This document shows, one piece after another, positions 8,786 to 18,173 of a stretch of 64,000 bases of DNA (position 1 is its first letter; the number at the start of each line of letters is the position of its first letter). A program made the position numbers and the translations under genes. Under the pieces are notes generated by a model. It was not told the origin of the DNA. It made no database searches and saw only the letters and a list, made by a program, of their open reading frames with translations. The stretch is taken from the NCBI GenBank assembly GCA_027623015.1, contig JAQBVR010000001.1, forward strand, positions 14,773 through 78,772, in the 5' to 3' direction. The stretch comes from a bacterium (GTDB taxonomy: Bacteria > Patescibacteriota > Gracilibacteria > Peribacterales > Peribacteraceae).

Positions 8786-8990
8786 TCCGTCTACGTTCTG
8801 AGGAACTTCGGACGGGTGAATGACTCAATAATTGATTATTCTGGTAAGATGTTTGTACAGTGCCGACCCTCCTACGCTGAAGCTTCGAAGGGCAGGCGTG
8901 GCGGCCCGCCTTCGTCCGCTGCGGCGGACTTCGGACGGGTGAATGACTCAATAATTGATTATTCTGGTAAGATGTTTGTACAGTGCCGAC
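8786..8990 (+). repeat. Reiterated leader modules upstream of tRNA-Leu(CAG): an identical 63-nt block at 8805..8867 and 8928..8990, plus three related GC-rich hairpins (8786..8816, 8867..8892, 8905..8939)
   Basis: Direct comparison of the sequence. Both 63-nt blocks read ACTTCGGACGGGTGAATGACTCAATAATTGATTATTCTGGTAAGATGTTTGTACAGTGCCGAC. The hairpins share the CCC[G/T]CC-T(A/T)CG...CTTCG-GA[C/A]GGG architecture. Confidence 0.85.
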
Positions 8991-9070
8991 GTGGCGGAAT
9001 GGTAGACGCGCACGCTTCAGAAGCGTGTAGGAGTATTCCTGTGAGAGTTCAACTCTCTCCGTCGGCACCA
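8985..9070 (+). tRNA. tRNA-Leu (anticodon CAG), class II, CCA encoded
   Basis: Acceptor GCCGACG/CGTCGGC. D-arm GTGGCGGAATGGTAGACGC. Anticodon stem-loop CACGC-TTCAGAA-GCGTG. Long variable arm. T-arm GAGAG-TTCAACT-CTCTC. Terminal ACCA. Confidence 0.92.
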
Positions 9071-9139
9071 ATTATTAATTCAGCTCTATTCTAAGCCATA
9101 AATAGGCTATTGAATTGTTGCTGAATTTCAAGAAGTAGG

Positions 9140-9145
9140 CATAAT
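9140..9145 (+). promoter_or_regulatory. -10 box CATAAT, 7 nt upstream of ATG 9153 (leaderless-type promoter)
   Basis: The sequence reads GGCATAAT TATATCT ATG. There is no Shine-Dalgarno sequence. Confidence 0.45.
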
Positions 9146-9152
9146 TATATCT

Positions 9153-12100
9153 ATGGTCTTACAGGGAGTTGATTTCAATGGCATGGGAGAATTAGAAAGA
9201 GCTGAAATCTCTGAATTGTGGCATTATGGAGACGAGGTAACTAGAAGAAACATCTTTGATCGACTATATGGAGAAGCTGAGTCTGGGCTTGTTGAGGCTA
9301 GAGCAAATGTAAATGGAGGTACTACTAGTGAATTTGATGCTGAGATGCTGCAAATAAGTCAGAATGCACTTGATGGGAATCGAAGAGTGATGGGAAATCT
9401 TCTTGAAAATGCTCCAGGACTTACCAAAAAGAAGGCTGCTGAATGGACAAGGTACATGAGTGATAGACAAGAAGGATTTCGTAGAAACTTTGATCAAGCT
9501 ATAGAAGTGACAAACAGAGTTGCAGATCGTCTCGAAAGTCTAGGGACTCCTTTTGATTTTACTGATATGGAGCAGTTTACTATATTTCAATCAAGCATAG
9601 GTGAAGCTAGAGAAGCAAATGACAGTGAATTGGCTGTAATAGAGAAACTGAGAAATAACCACCCAAGAGCTGCTGAACGGCGAGAGTTTCTGGTGCAGGA
9701 CAACAAATATCTGAGACAAGCGTCAAAAGACTATACTCAAGCTAAAAAACAGTTCCCACTTAAAGAAGCATCTATACAAACGAATCAAGCGATGCGGAAA
9801 TTTAGAGACCATAAATCCTTGGACGATTGCAAAACATTTTATGAGGTTCGAAGTTTTCGTGAAACTCTTAAAAGTGCATGGAATACGAATGCACAGGAAT
9901 CTGAGATCATCGATGAGCTAAAATTTGAGCACCCACAGAAGGAAAACAGACTAGATACGCTACAAGCAAACTATGAGGTTCTACAGCCTTTAGGAAAGCC
10001 CACAGAAGAAAGATTTAGCATGCTGAAGCAAACAACTCCTGAGATAGAGCTCGTTGACGATATGGAAGATCGTTTTGCTGCTGTCATCGAAGGGCGTCGT
10101 CCTGAAATGGAAAAAGCTCAAAAGATTGCATCTGACATAAAAGCTGCAATGAAAGAAGATCCTGACCCCATAAAGCTCTACCTGACAGAGATGGGCGCAG
10201 TACCACTACTCAAACGTCCAGATGAAGATGAGCTTTCGTATTTATTCGAACAGTCAGAACTTGCACGAAGGCAGCATGCTCTCACCTCTCCATTTCTTGT
10301 TGAGCGAGCCATCTCTATGATAAACAGAGTACGAGATGGAACACTCCCCGCTGAGCGAACCATGGAGATAAATGCTACAAAGGGTCAGCTACTGCGATAT
10401 GGAGCATCTGAAGAAGAAGTAGCTGAACTTAAGAAAAGAGAATATCCTGGAGTAAATCCTGTGGCTGCAATGGAACGCTACGAAGGCCATATGAAACTAA
10501 TACAGAAACTACAAGAAAGATGTAAATCCAACTATACGACTATGCGATCTGCACAAAGTGCTGAAAAGGGAGTGAAAGCTAAGGAAGCACGAGATAGTGA
10601 CCTTCTGAAAATCTCTATGTTACTCGATGAGATGTCGATACGACGCGATAAGTTTGAGCCGCACATTAAGTCTCTCAAAGAGATACTTTCTAGAATGGAA
10701 ACTCTTCAATCTGCAATTGAGATTACAGACAAAAGTTATGGCCCAGGAGGAAGAATGCAGTACCCGAAAGATCAGATCACTCTTACCGAATCTATAGTCT
10801 CACCACCTGGAGTGCGACGTGCTATAAAGGGAAGAGTAGTGATGCAATCTGCTGGTAAAGATGTTGAGCGAACAATTGTCACAGACTACTCTGGAGAATT
10901 TGGAAGACTACAAAAACCAGCTGCTCATGCAGTATTCAAAAGTGGATCGAATTCGAAAGGTGCTGCTGCAGACCCTGCTCGCATAGAGGCAAAAAGAGTC
11001 ATGGAGCAAGAACTTCAAACTCTTGTTGAAATGACACAGCAAACACCTGAAGAGCTCCGAGTATGGATGGAAAAGTATGACAAGATTGTTAAATTGAATA
11101 GTCGAGTTTCTGATGAGCGTGTTACTGCTAACTTACGTCTAGTCATTCACAACGCAAAGAAGTACAGACATAGAGGACTTGATTTTCTTGAACTGATCCA
11201 AGAAGGAAGCGCAGGACTTTTGCGTGCAGAGACAAAGTTTGAGCCAAGAAAGGGGTTTAAGTATTCAACATACGCAACATGGTGGATCAAACAAGCATGT
11301 GGTCGCGCTGTTGCAGACCATGCTCGACTCATCCGTATCCCCGTTCACAACATAGCTGTATTTAAACACATCAAAACGATAAATGACGACTACCTCAACA
11401 CACTAGGACGGGACGCAACTACGGAAGAGATTCATGCCAAGCTTCCAGAGCTCATGGCAAAGCCACCAGACTTCACTACTCTGCAAGAGCTACGCACTAT
11501 TTGGAAGAATCCTTCCTCTCTCGATGCTCCTGTTGGAGAAGATGGTGGATCTTCTACTGGAGACTTTGTAGCTGATAATAAAAGTAGTGCATCTATGAGT
11601 GCAGCGGAAAACAGATTGCTTGGTGACCAATTCGATACGCTACTACGCAATGTCGATAAACGAAGTGGAGACATCGTTAAGCTGCGCTTTGGGCTCGCTA
11701 GTAAAGTTGTCATTTCTGTGCAACGAAAGGTTTTTATCGAGTTTTTGACTTCGAAAGCAGGCACTGTAGGAGAGCGTGAAGGTGACTCCCCTGCTGGCTT
11801 TATCACCATTGATGGCATAGCGATTATTGAAAGTGATTTTGTACAAGCGGAAGGAGAATATGACGTTTCCGACATTGAAGATGCTTACCTTGAAACAGAT
11901 GAGACTATCGAGAACTCTACTCTTGAAGCAGTCGTTACTACTGCTGCCGACGAGCCAGAAGGTACTACTGACCAGCAAGATGAAGAGCCTGCTGAAGAAC
12001 TAGATTCGACTGGGAATACAATTGACGAGAATACGATCACATTTACAATATCTGGATACCCTTGCACTCTTGAACAAACTGGAAAGCTCCACGGCGTAAC

Positions 12101-12221
12101 TCGAGAGCGCATACGTCAGATAGAAAAGAAGGCACTCAAAAGACTAACTGCAGATGCAACTCGCACTGGAATGGAAAGCCACTTTGAGCCAGAGGGTGCT
12201 AAAGACGACGATGAACTCTAA
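9153..12221 (+). CDS. Giant (1022 aa) sigma-70 family factor with N-terminal extension and two large insertions
   Basis: Region 1.2: YLTEMGAVPLLKRPDEDE. Region 2: [73 protein letters not shown]. Region 3/4.1: SLDAPVGEDGGSSTGDFVAD...DIVKLRFGL. Region 4.2 HTH: [27 protein letters not shown]. Confidence 0.85.
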   Translation: MVLQGVDFNGMGELERAEISELWHYGDEVTRRNIFDRLYGEAESGLVEARANVNGGTTSEFDAEMLQISQNALDGNRRVMGNLLENAPGLTKKKAAEWTRYMSDRQEGFRRNFDQAIEVTNRVADRLESLGTPFDFTDMEQFTIFQSSIGEAREANDSELAVIEKLRNNHPRAAERREFLVQDNKYLRQASKDYTQAKKQFPLKEASIQTNQAMRKFRDHKSLDDCKTFYEVRSFRETLKSAWNTNAQESEIIDELKFEHPQKENRLDTLQANYEVLQPLGKPTEERFSMLKQTTPEIELVDDMEDRFAAVIEGRRPEMEKAQKIASDIKAAMKEDPDPIKLYLTEMGAVPLLKRPDEDELSYLFEQSELARRQHALTSPFLVERAISMINRVRDGTLPAERTMEINATKGQLLRYGASEEEVAELKKREYPGVNPVAAMERYEGHMKLIQKLQERCKSNYTTMRSAQSAEKGVKAKEARDSDLLKISMLLDEMSIRRDKFEPHIKSLKEILSRMETLQSAIEITDKSYGPGGRMQYPKDQITLTESIVSPPGVRRAIKGRVVMQSAGKDVERTIVTDYSGEFGRLQKPAAHAVFKSGSNSKGAAADPARIEAKRVMEQELQTLVEMTQQTPEELRVWMEKYDKIVKLNSRVSDERVTANLRLVIHNAKKYRHRGLDFLELIQEGSAGLLRAETKFEPRKGFKYSTYATWWIKQACGRAVADHARLIRIPVHNIAVFKHIKTINDDYLNTLGRDATTEEIHAKLPELMAKPPDFTTLQELRTIWKNPSSLDAPVGEDGGSSTGDFVADNKSSASMSAAENRLLGDQFDTLLRNVDKRSGDIVKLRFGLASKVVISVQRKVFIEFLTSKAGTVGEREGDSPAGFITIDGIAIIESDFVQAEGEYDVSDIEDAYLETDETIENSTLEAVVTTAADEPEGTTDQQDEEPAEELDSTGNTIDENTITFTISGYPCTLEQTGKLHGVTRERIRQIEKKALKRLTADATRTGMESHFEPEGAKDDDEL

Positions 12222-13660
12222 TACAACTTCAACGTCACATTACTCGGTGTTGAGATAGTTGTATCTCCTGTTGCGTTACTCAGTTTGACGTTCACTGTTT
12301 CTCCACCATCTGAAAGTACATCTTTGTAAATAGTAATGTTGAACCATTTGCGAGACTCTCCATCGCGGAAGATCAGTGTGCTGTCTGCAGTTTCGTAGTC
12401 AGTGCCAGCACCTGCAGAACCTGGGATAGTTTCGTAGTGAACGCTTGCTTCACCTTTTGCTCCTCCAGTGCGGTTTACTGTTATGGTAGCAAAGCCATCT
12501 GATTCTGTTCCTTCATAGCTAGAGTTTTCGAATCGGAATGCTCCTTCATTATATGTTCCAACTTCGTTATCAAAGATCTTGAGCACAGACGTAGAGACAA
12601 GGCCAAGCTCAGAACCCCCTGTCGGCAGAGTTAATGATAGATTTACTGTCTTATTTCCTCCGATAGAGCTGTTATCTTCTATGCCTACGGTAAATGTCTT
12701 CGATGTAACTCCATTGCCAAACTCGAGAACTTCACTTGTTTTTGAATAATCAATACCTGTCTGTGCTGTTCCATCGGTCATAAGGTACTTTACTGATGCC
12801 GAACCTTTGCTTCCTCCTATTCTTTCTATGGTTACAGTAACATCACCTTGGTCCTCTGATGCACTGTACTCCATTGCGCTAAATACGAAACTCCCCTCCT
12901 CTGGACCCGAATTACTCACTGCTGCTGCAGACGAACTACTTGCAGACTCATCATCTCTAATAGTGACTGTTACTTCTGTCGGCGTCGAGAAGCCTGCACC
13001 ACCTGTAGCATTTTTGATGATAAGATTAATGGTCTCGTCATCCTCTTGATCTGTATCATTCTTGATACCAATTTCTATCGTTTTACTTGTCTCACCGTCA
13101 TTGAACTGCAATGTACCAATTATCGGTTCATAGTCTATGTCTTTTGTGGCTGTACCATCGCTCGTCTCATACTCGACAACGACCACCCCCGTCTTTCCTC
13201 CTGTACGTACGACAGTAACTCGTGCTGTTTCTTCGTCCTCATCTACAGAATAATTATCTGTGGTAAACCTGAGCATCCCTTCTGGACTGACTGAGGATAC
13301 AGAGAATTGAGAAGACTCAGAAGACTGAGAGGAGGATGAGCTGCTGGATCGTGTACGTGTTCGAACCGATGAGGAGGAGGATGCTTCTGGCGTGATACCA
13401 AGGACATCATTACGAAGACGCTGCAATAGAACTGCTGCTTGCCCCCGAGTAAGATTTTCATTCGGCTTAAAGGTTCCATCATTAAACCCTGTAATAATAC
13501 CAAGGTCATACATCTCCCCTATTGCATCATCATAGTATGATCCTGAATCTACATCTGGAAAAATGGTGGAGCCAAGTAGACTTGCACCAAGACTGGTACC
13601 GACTACTCCTACGAAGGTACCCATAGCAAAGACGCCAATATAAATATGTCTCTTATTCAT
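12218..13660 (-). CDS. S-layer-homology (SLH) domain protein with four Calx-beta repeats
   Basis: N-terminal signal/TM sequence. SLH motif: YYDDAIGEMYDLGIITGFNDGTFKPNENLTRGQAAVLLQRL. Ser-rich linker. Four Calx-beta units follow, for example TSDGTATKDIDYEPIIGTLQFNDGETSKTIEIGIKNDTDQEDDETINL and MTDGTAQTGIDYSKTSEVLEFGNGVTSKTFTVGIEDN. Confidence 0.8.
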   Translation of the reverse strand: MNKRHIYIGVFAMGTFVGVVGTSLGASLLGSTIFPDVDSGSYYDDAIGEMYDLGIITGFNDGTFKPNENLTRGQAAVLLQRLRNDVLGITPEASSSSSVRTRTRSSSSSSSQSSESSQFSVSSVSPEGMLRFTTDNYSVDEDEETARVTVVRTGGKTGVVVVEYETSDGTATKDIDYEPIIGTLQFNDGETSKTIEIGIKNDTDQEDDETINLIIKNATGGAGFSTPTEVTVTIRDDESASSSSAAAVSNSGPEEGSFVFSAMEYSASEDQGDVTVTIERIGGSKGSASVKYLMTDGTAQTGIDYSKTSEVLEFGNGVTSKTFTVGIEDNSSIGGNKTVNLSLTLPTGGSELGLVSTSVLKIFDNEVGTYNEGAFRFENSSYEGTESDGFATITVNRTGGAKGEASVHYETIPGSAGAGTDYETADSTLIFRDGESRKWFNITIYKDVLSDGGETVNVKLSNATGDTTISTPSNVTLKLY

Positions 13661-13774
13661 TAATCTAGTATAATAGCGTTTATCTTTAATGCAAAATTAA
13701 ATATTTTTGTCTTATGGCCTGCAAGATTTAAGACCTAAGCTATACATAATTACGCTATAAAATAATGGATTTTG

Positions 13775-13801
13775 TTGGCACTCTATTCTTTAGAGTGCTA
13801 A
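13775..13801 (+). promoter_or_regulatory. CIRCE element (HrcA operator) upstream of groES
   Basis: TTGGCACTC-TATTCTTTA-GAGTGCTAA. This is a near-perfect match to the TTAGCACTC-N9-GAGTGCTAA consensus, 37 nt upstream of the groES ATG. Confidence 0.88.
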
Positions 13802-13837
13802 TCTGCTGCAGATTCATAATCTTCCCAAATTTTAGCT

Positions 13838-14167
13838 ATGTCTACTATCCCTGAACTAGCGGTTACTGTCTCCCCCATAGGAGATCACGTACTTGTCATC
13901 CCAATAGAAAAGGAACAAATTACTGCTTCTGGAATCGTCATACCAGATACTGCCAATAGTGAAAAGACTGGCCAAGGTGTTGTCGTTGCCCTTGGAAGTG
14001 GTGGCATAGGAAAAGACCAAGGCAATCCTCATGACTACCTTAAGCTTGGCGACACCATCATTTATGGTAAGTACGCAGGAAATGACCTCAAGCTTAAAAC
14101 AAAGAATGGTAAAGAGGTCGAAGTCAATGTCATGCGATTGGACTCTGTCCTTGGTGTCGTTTCGTAA
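13838..14167 (+). CDS. groES: Co-chaperonin GroES
   Basis: Length of 109 aa. Motifs [33 protein letters not shown]. It lies immediately upstream of groEL. Confidence 0.95.
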   Translation: MSTIPELAVTVSPIGDHVLVIPIEKEQITASGIVIPDTANSEKTGQGVVVALGSGGIGKDQGNPHDYLKLGDTIIYGKYAGNDLKLKTKNGKEVEVNVMRLDSVLGVVS

Positions 14168-14204
14168 AGTAAATATTCTTTTAGTAATTTTCTTCATTCT
14201 TATC

Positions 14205-15848
<1,644 letters not shown>

Positions 15849-15866
15849 TGTACTGTGAAATATTGG

Positions 15867-15912
15867 AATACTGGACTACTGGACTACTGGAAGAATGCCA
15901 GTATCCAGTATT
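15867..15912 (+). repeat. Short tandem repeats forming an imperfect hairpin downstream of groEL
   Basis: AATACTGGA-CTACTGGA-CTACTGG, then loop AAGAATG, then CCAGTAT-CCAGTATT. The right arm is the reverse complement of the left-arm unit. Confidence 0.7.
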
Positions 15913-15981
15913 TCATACCAATTCCATTTCAAAAGATAACAATGGTCGTTTAACCATTATGTTCAGAAAGAATGCCTCGTA

Positions 15982-16016
15982 GCCCCGCACCAAAACACAG
16001 CCGACTGGTGCGGGGC
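15982..16016. terminator. Perfect 11-bp GC-rich hairpin between convergent groEL and the GT-C-like gene (possible bidirectional terminator, no U-tract)
   Basis: GCCCCGCACCA - 13 nt - TGGTGCGGGGC. Confidence 0.45.
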
Positions 16017-16041
16017 GAAGTGGTATCAGTTATCCTAATAT

Positions 16042-18147
16042 TCACGTACCTCTGTAATACAACGTGTACTTCGGATCAATGAGATGCTGGTATGGCTTAG
16101 CACACTCCCACGGAGTGGTGTGTACATCGAAGTTTAATACAGACTTGGTTTCATATTCTAAGTCTGGAGAGATAACTTGATGTAGTACTATGAGTTCAGC
16201 TGTATGGAGATTGTGTACGAATGACTTCTGAAATTCGGGCCTGTCGCTATTCAACAAATAGGGAAGCTGGAAAAATATTGGTCCCATGGGAGAATGGTCT
16301 GTATACGCATACGGTTGTGCACCTATTGAACCGAGAAACATGTACGTGTCTTTGCCACAGGCTTCAAGAATACCATCTATCGCCTGCGCAGTCGTTACTG
16401 CTTTCTCTTTTTCACTCTTCAAGCCAGTGAGATTCGCACTGAAGTTTGTTTGATGAATTTGCGTGATGCCAATTGCACTGAATGAAAGAATGCTTAACAT
16501 GAGCAATTTAGCGCTTTTTCTATACCAGTGCATTCTTGTACTGCGCATTGCCACCACTGCAATGGCAGCGTATCCGGGAATGGCAAAAGCAAAGTGATGA
16601 TTGTAATACTGCCCACCGATGCCCACCGCAAGGCTCAAAAGAAATATGGCAACGCAGATTGCAACACCATTGCCCATGGTCCAGGTTAGTAGATGATTCT
16701 TACGGTGATGCATGAATGAACTTATGAGTGAGACAATCATGATGAAATACAAATACTTGGAATACCCTTCAATGTCATACACTAAGCTCCAGATATTTTG
16801 TGCTCGTTCAAAGAGTGGTACATGCGAATGAGAAGAAATATGTTTCCCCAACATTTCTGGAAGATATACTGTGAGGTACGGATGCAGGAATCCGAGAAAT
16901 GCCATGAGGAGCGTTCCTATCAATGCAGCAAAAAAGAGAGGCTTTATGCAGCGCTCGAGCGTTTGCTCCCATGAACGATTCAGCAGCAAACTCGCTGCAA
17001 GTATCGATAACAGAAATGGCTCTTTTAAACCAACTGCTGCGAGTATAGACAAGGTTGCAATTGCCAGTTGCACTTTTGTAAATCGAGGTCGAGCCAAGAC
17101 TACTACCCACACATAGAGAATGCCAAAAAATGCTCCAAATGATTCCACCTGATATTCTCCGCTCCTTTGAGCTGAATAGAGTGCAAACAGTGTTCCTATG
17201 AGTAGCCCTGTACCTGTGTAGAGCAATCGTGATTGCTGATTGAGTTTTCGAGACTCGTGTGATGCAATGGATGCGAAAAGAAATGGAATACCAATGATAC
17301 ATATTCCCTGAAGTATATGACCAAAAATGACTGTATCGGTCATCCAAATAGACAGTGCGCTCAACAGAAAGATGCCAGGTGGTTTCGATTCCCACAGATC
17401 TACATAGGGAACCAGACCGTTGAGAATTCCACGTCCTACTGCCCAATACATAGGGGAATCTACTGTATATGCCCCAGAAAATTCATACGCAACACGATTT
17501 CCTAGCTTGATCATCGCGATGTACATTGCATAGAAAACTATTACAGATAGTAAACCGGTACACACATGCGAAGCGAGTAGTCGCTTTCGCTTTGGAAGCT
17601 TATAGTACAGACTCTCTAAAGAATGTTGAGAGCTGCTGTCTATATATGGAAGAATGAACCAATACAAAAGCGCTACCAACAAAAGCATGAGTAGTATATT
17701 CACTGGATCACGAACACTGCTATGGGCCTTTAAGCCAGTATACCAGCCTGTATCCCGCACACGAACTTCTAGAGTATTTACTCCAATAACAAGGCTTTCG
17801 CGGAGATTGATAGTCCGTCCACGAAATCTATCGCAAAATGGCTGAAACCCTGGTACAAAGTTATCGTTCACTTTTATGTATTCTATACAGTCATCTGGGA
17901 TGAACGTATAGAACGTTGGCGAGAATGTATTTCTTTGGAACTCTGTTTTCACAACGTAGTACTTCGACGGAAAGACCTTGGCATAAAATGGCAAGGTAGT
18001 AGATTGAACGCCAGCCCCATCAAACTGCACTGTTGTCTTCACTGCCATCGGTCGCACAGCACCGTAAGTAATTGCCAGACATATCACTCCTGTTAGAGCA
18101 ATATTGATTCGTCGTAGATGATATGATTTGTCTATTTTTTTAGACAT
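16042..18147 (-). CDS. Large polytopic membrane protein, probably a GT-C fold glycosyltransferase (ArnT/PMT_2-like) with an extra N-terminal extracytoplasmic domain
   Basis: More than 12 hydrophobic helices. The first-loop motif VDLWESKPPGIFLLSAL resembles the D/E...KPPL loop of ArnT/PMT_2 enzymes. The assignment is by resemblance only. Confidence 0.5.
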   Translation of the reverse strand: MSKKIDKSYHLRRINIALTGVICLAITYGAVRPMAVKTTVQFDGAGVQSTTLPFYAKVFPSKYYVVKTEFQRNTFSPTFYTFIPDDCIEYIKVNDNFVPGFQPFCDRFRGRTINLRESLVIGVNTLEVRVRDTGWYTGLKAHSSVRDPVNILLMLLLVALLYWFILPYIDSSSQHSLESLYYKLPKRKRLLASHVCTGLLSVIVFYAMYIAMIKLGNRVAYEFSGAYTVDSPMYWAVGRGILNGLVPYVDLWESKPPGIFLLSALSIWMTDTVIFGHILQGICIIGIPFLFASIASHESRKLNQQSRLLYTGTGLLIGTLFALYSAQRSGEYQVESFGAFFGILYVWVVVLARPRFTKVQLAIATLSILAAVGLKEPFLLSILAASLLLNRSWEQTLERCIKPLFFAALIGTLLMAFLGFLHPYLTVYLPEMLGKHISSHSHVPLFERAQNIWSLVYDIEGYSKYLYFIMIVSLISSFMHHRKNHLLTWTMGNGVAICVAIFLLSLAVGIGGQYYNHHFAFAIPGYAAIAVVAMRSTRMHWYRKSAKLLMLSILSFSAIGITQIHQTNFSANLTGLKSEKEKAVTTAQAIDGILEACGKDTYMFLGSIGAQPYAYTDHSPMGPIFFQLPYLLNSDRPEFQKSFVHNLHTAELIVLHQVISPDLEYETKSVLNFDVHTTPWECAKPYQHLIDPKYTLYYRGT

Positions 18148-18173
18148 TATGTGTGTGTGGTGTGTGTATGAAT

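Noticed and set aside
8786-8990. Possible CRISPR array at the tRNA-linked repeats (also 31806..31977).
   Set aside because: There are only two units per locus. The sequence between the repeat cores is itself identical between units, so there are no unique spacers. The unit lengths (86 and 123 nt) are atypical, and no cas genes are in the window.
8760-9094. Listed ORFs 8760..9071 (minus, 103 aa) and 8816..9094 (plus, 92 aa).
   Set aside because: They run through the tandem leader repeats and the tRNA-Leu gene. Their internally repeated peptide sequences are simply translations of the DNA repeat.
11697-12065. Intein within sigma region 4.
   Set aside because: The insert does not start with Cys/Ser in an intein block-A context. 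It lacks a TxxH block B and a terminal His-Asn before a nucleophile. It is partly low-complexity and acidic.
14031-14204. Upstream extension of the groEL ORF (listed start 14031).
   Set aside because: It overlaps groES in another frame and encodes non-homologous sequence. The conserved GroEL N-terminus begins at ATG 14205.
15982-16016. tRNA or tRNA-like gene suggested by GCCCCGCACCA.
   Set aside because: No T-arm, anticodon arm or D-arm precedes it. It is simply one arm of a perfect hairpin.
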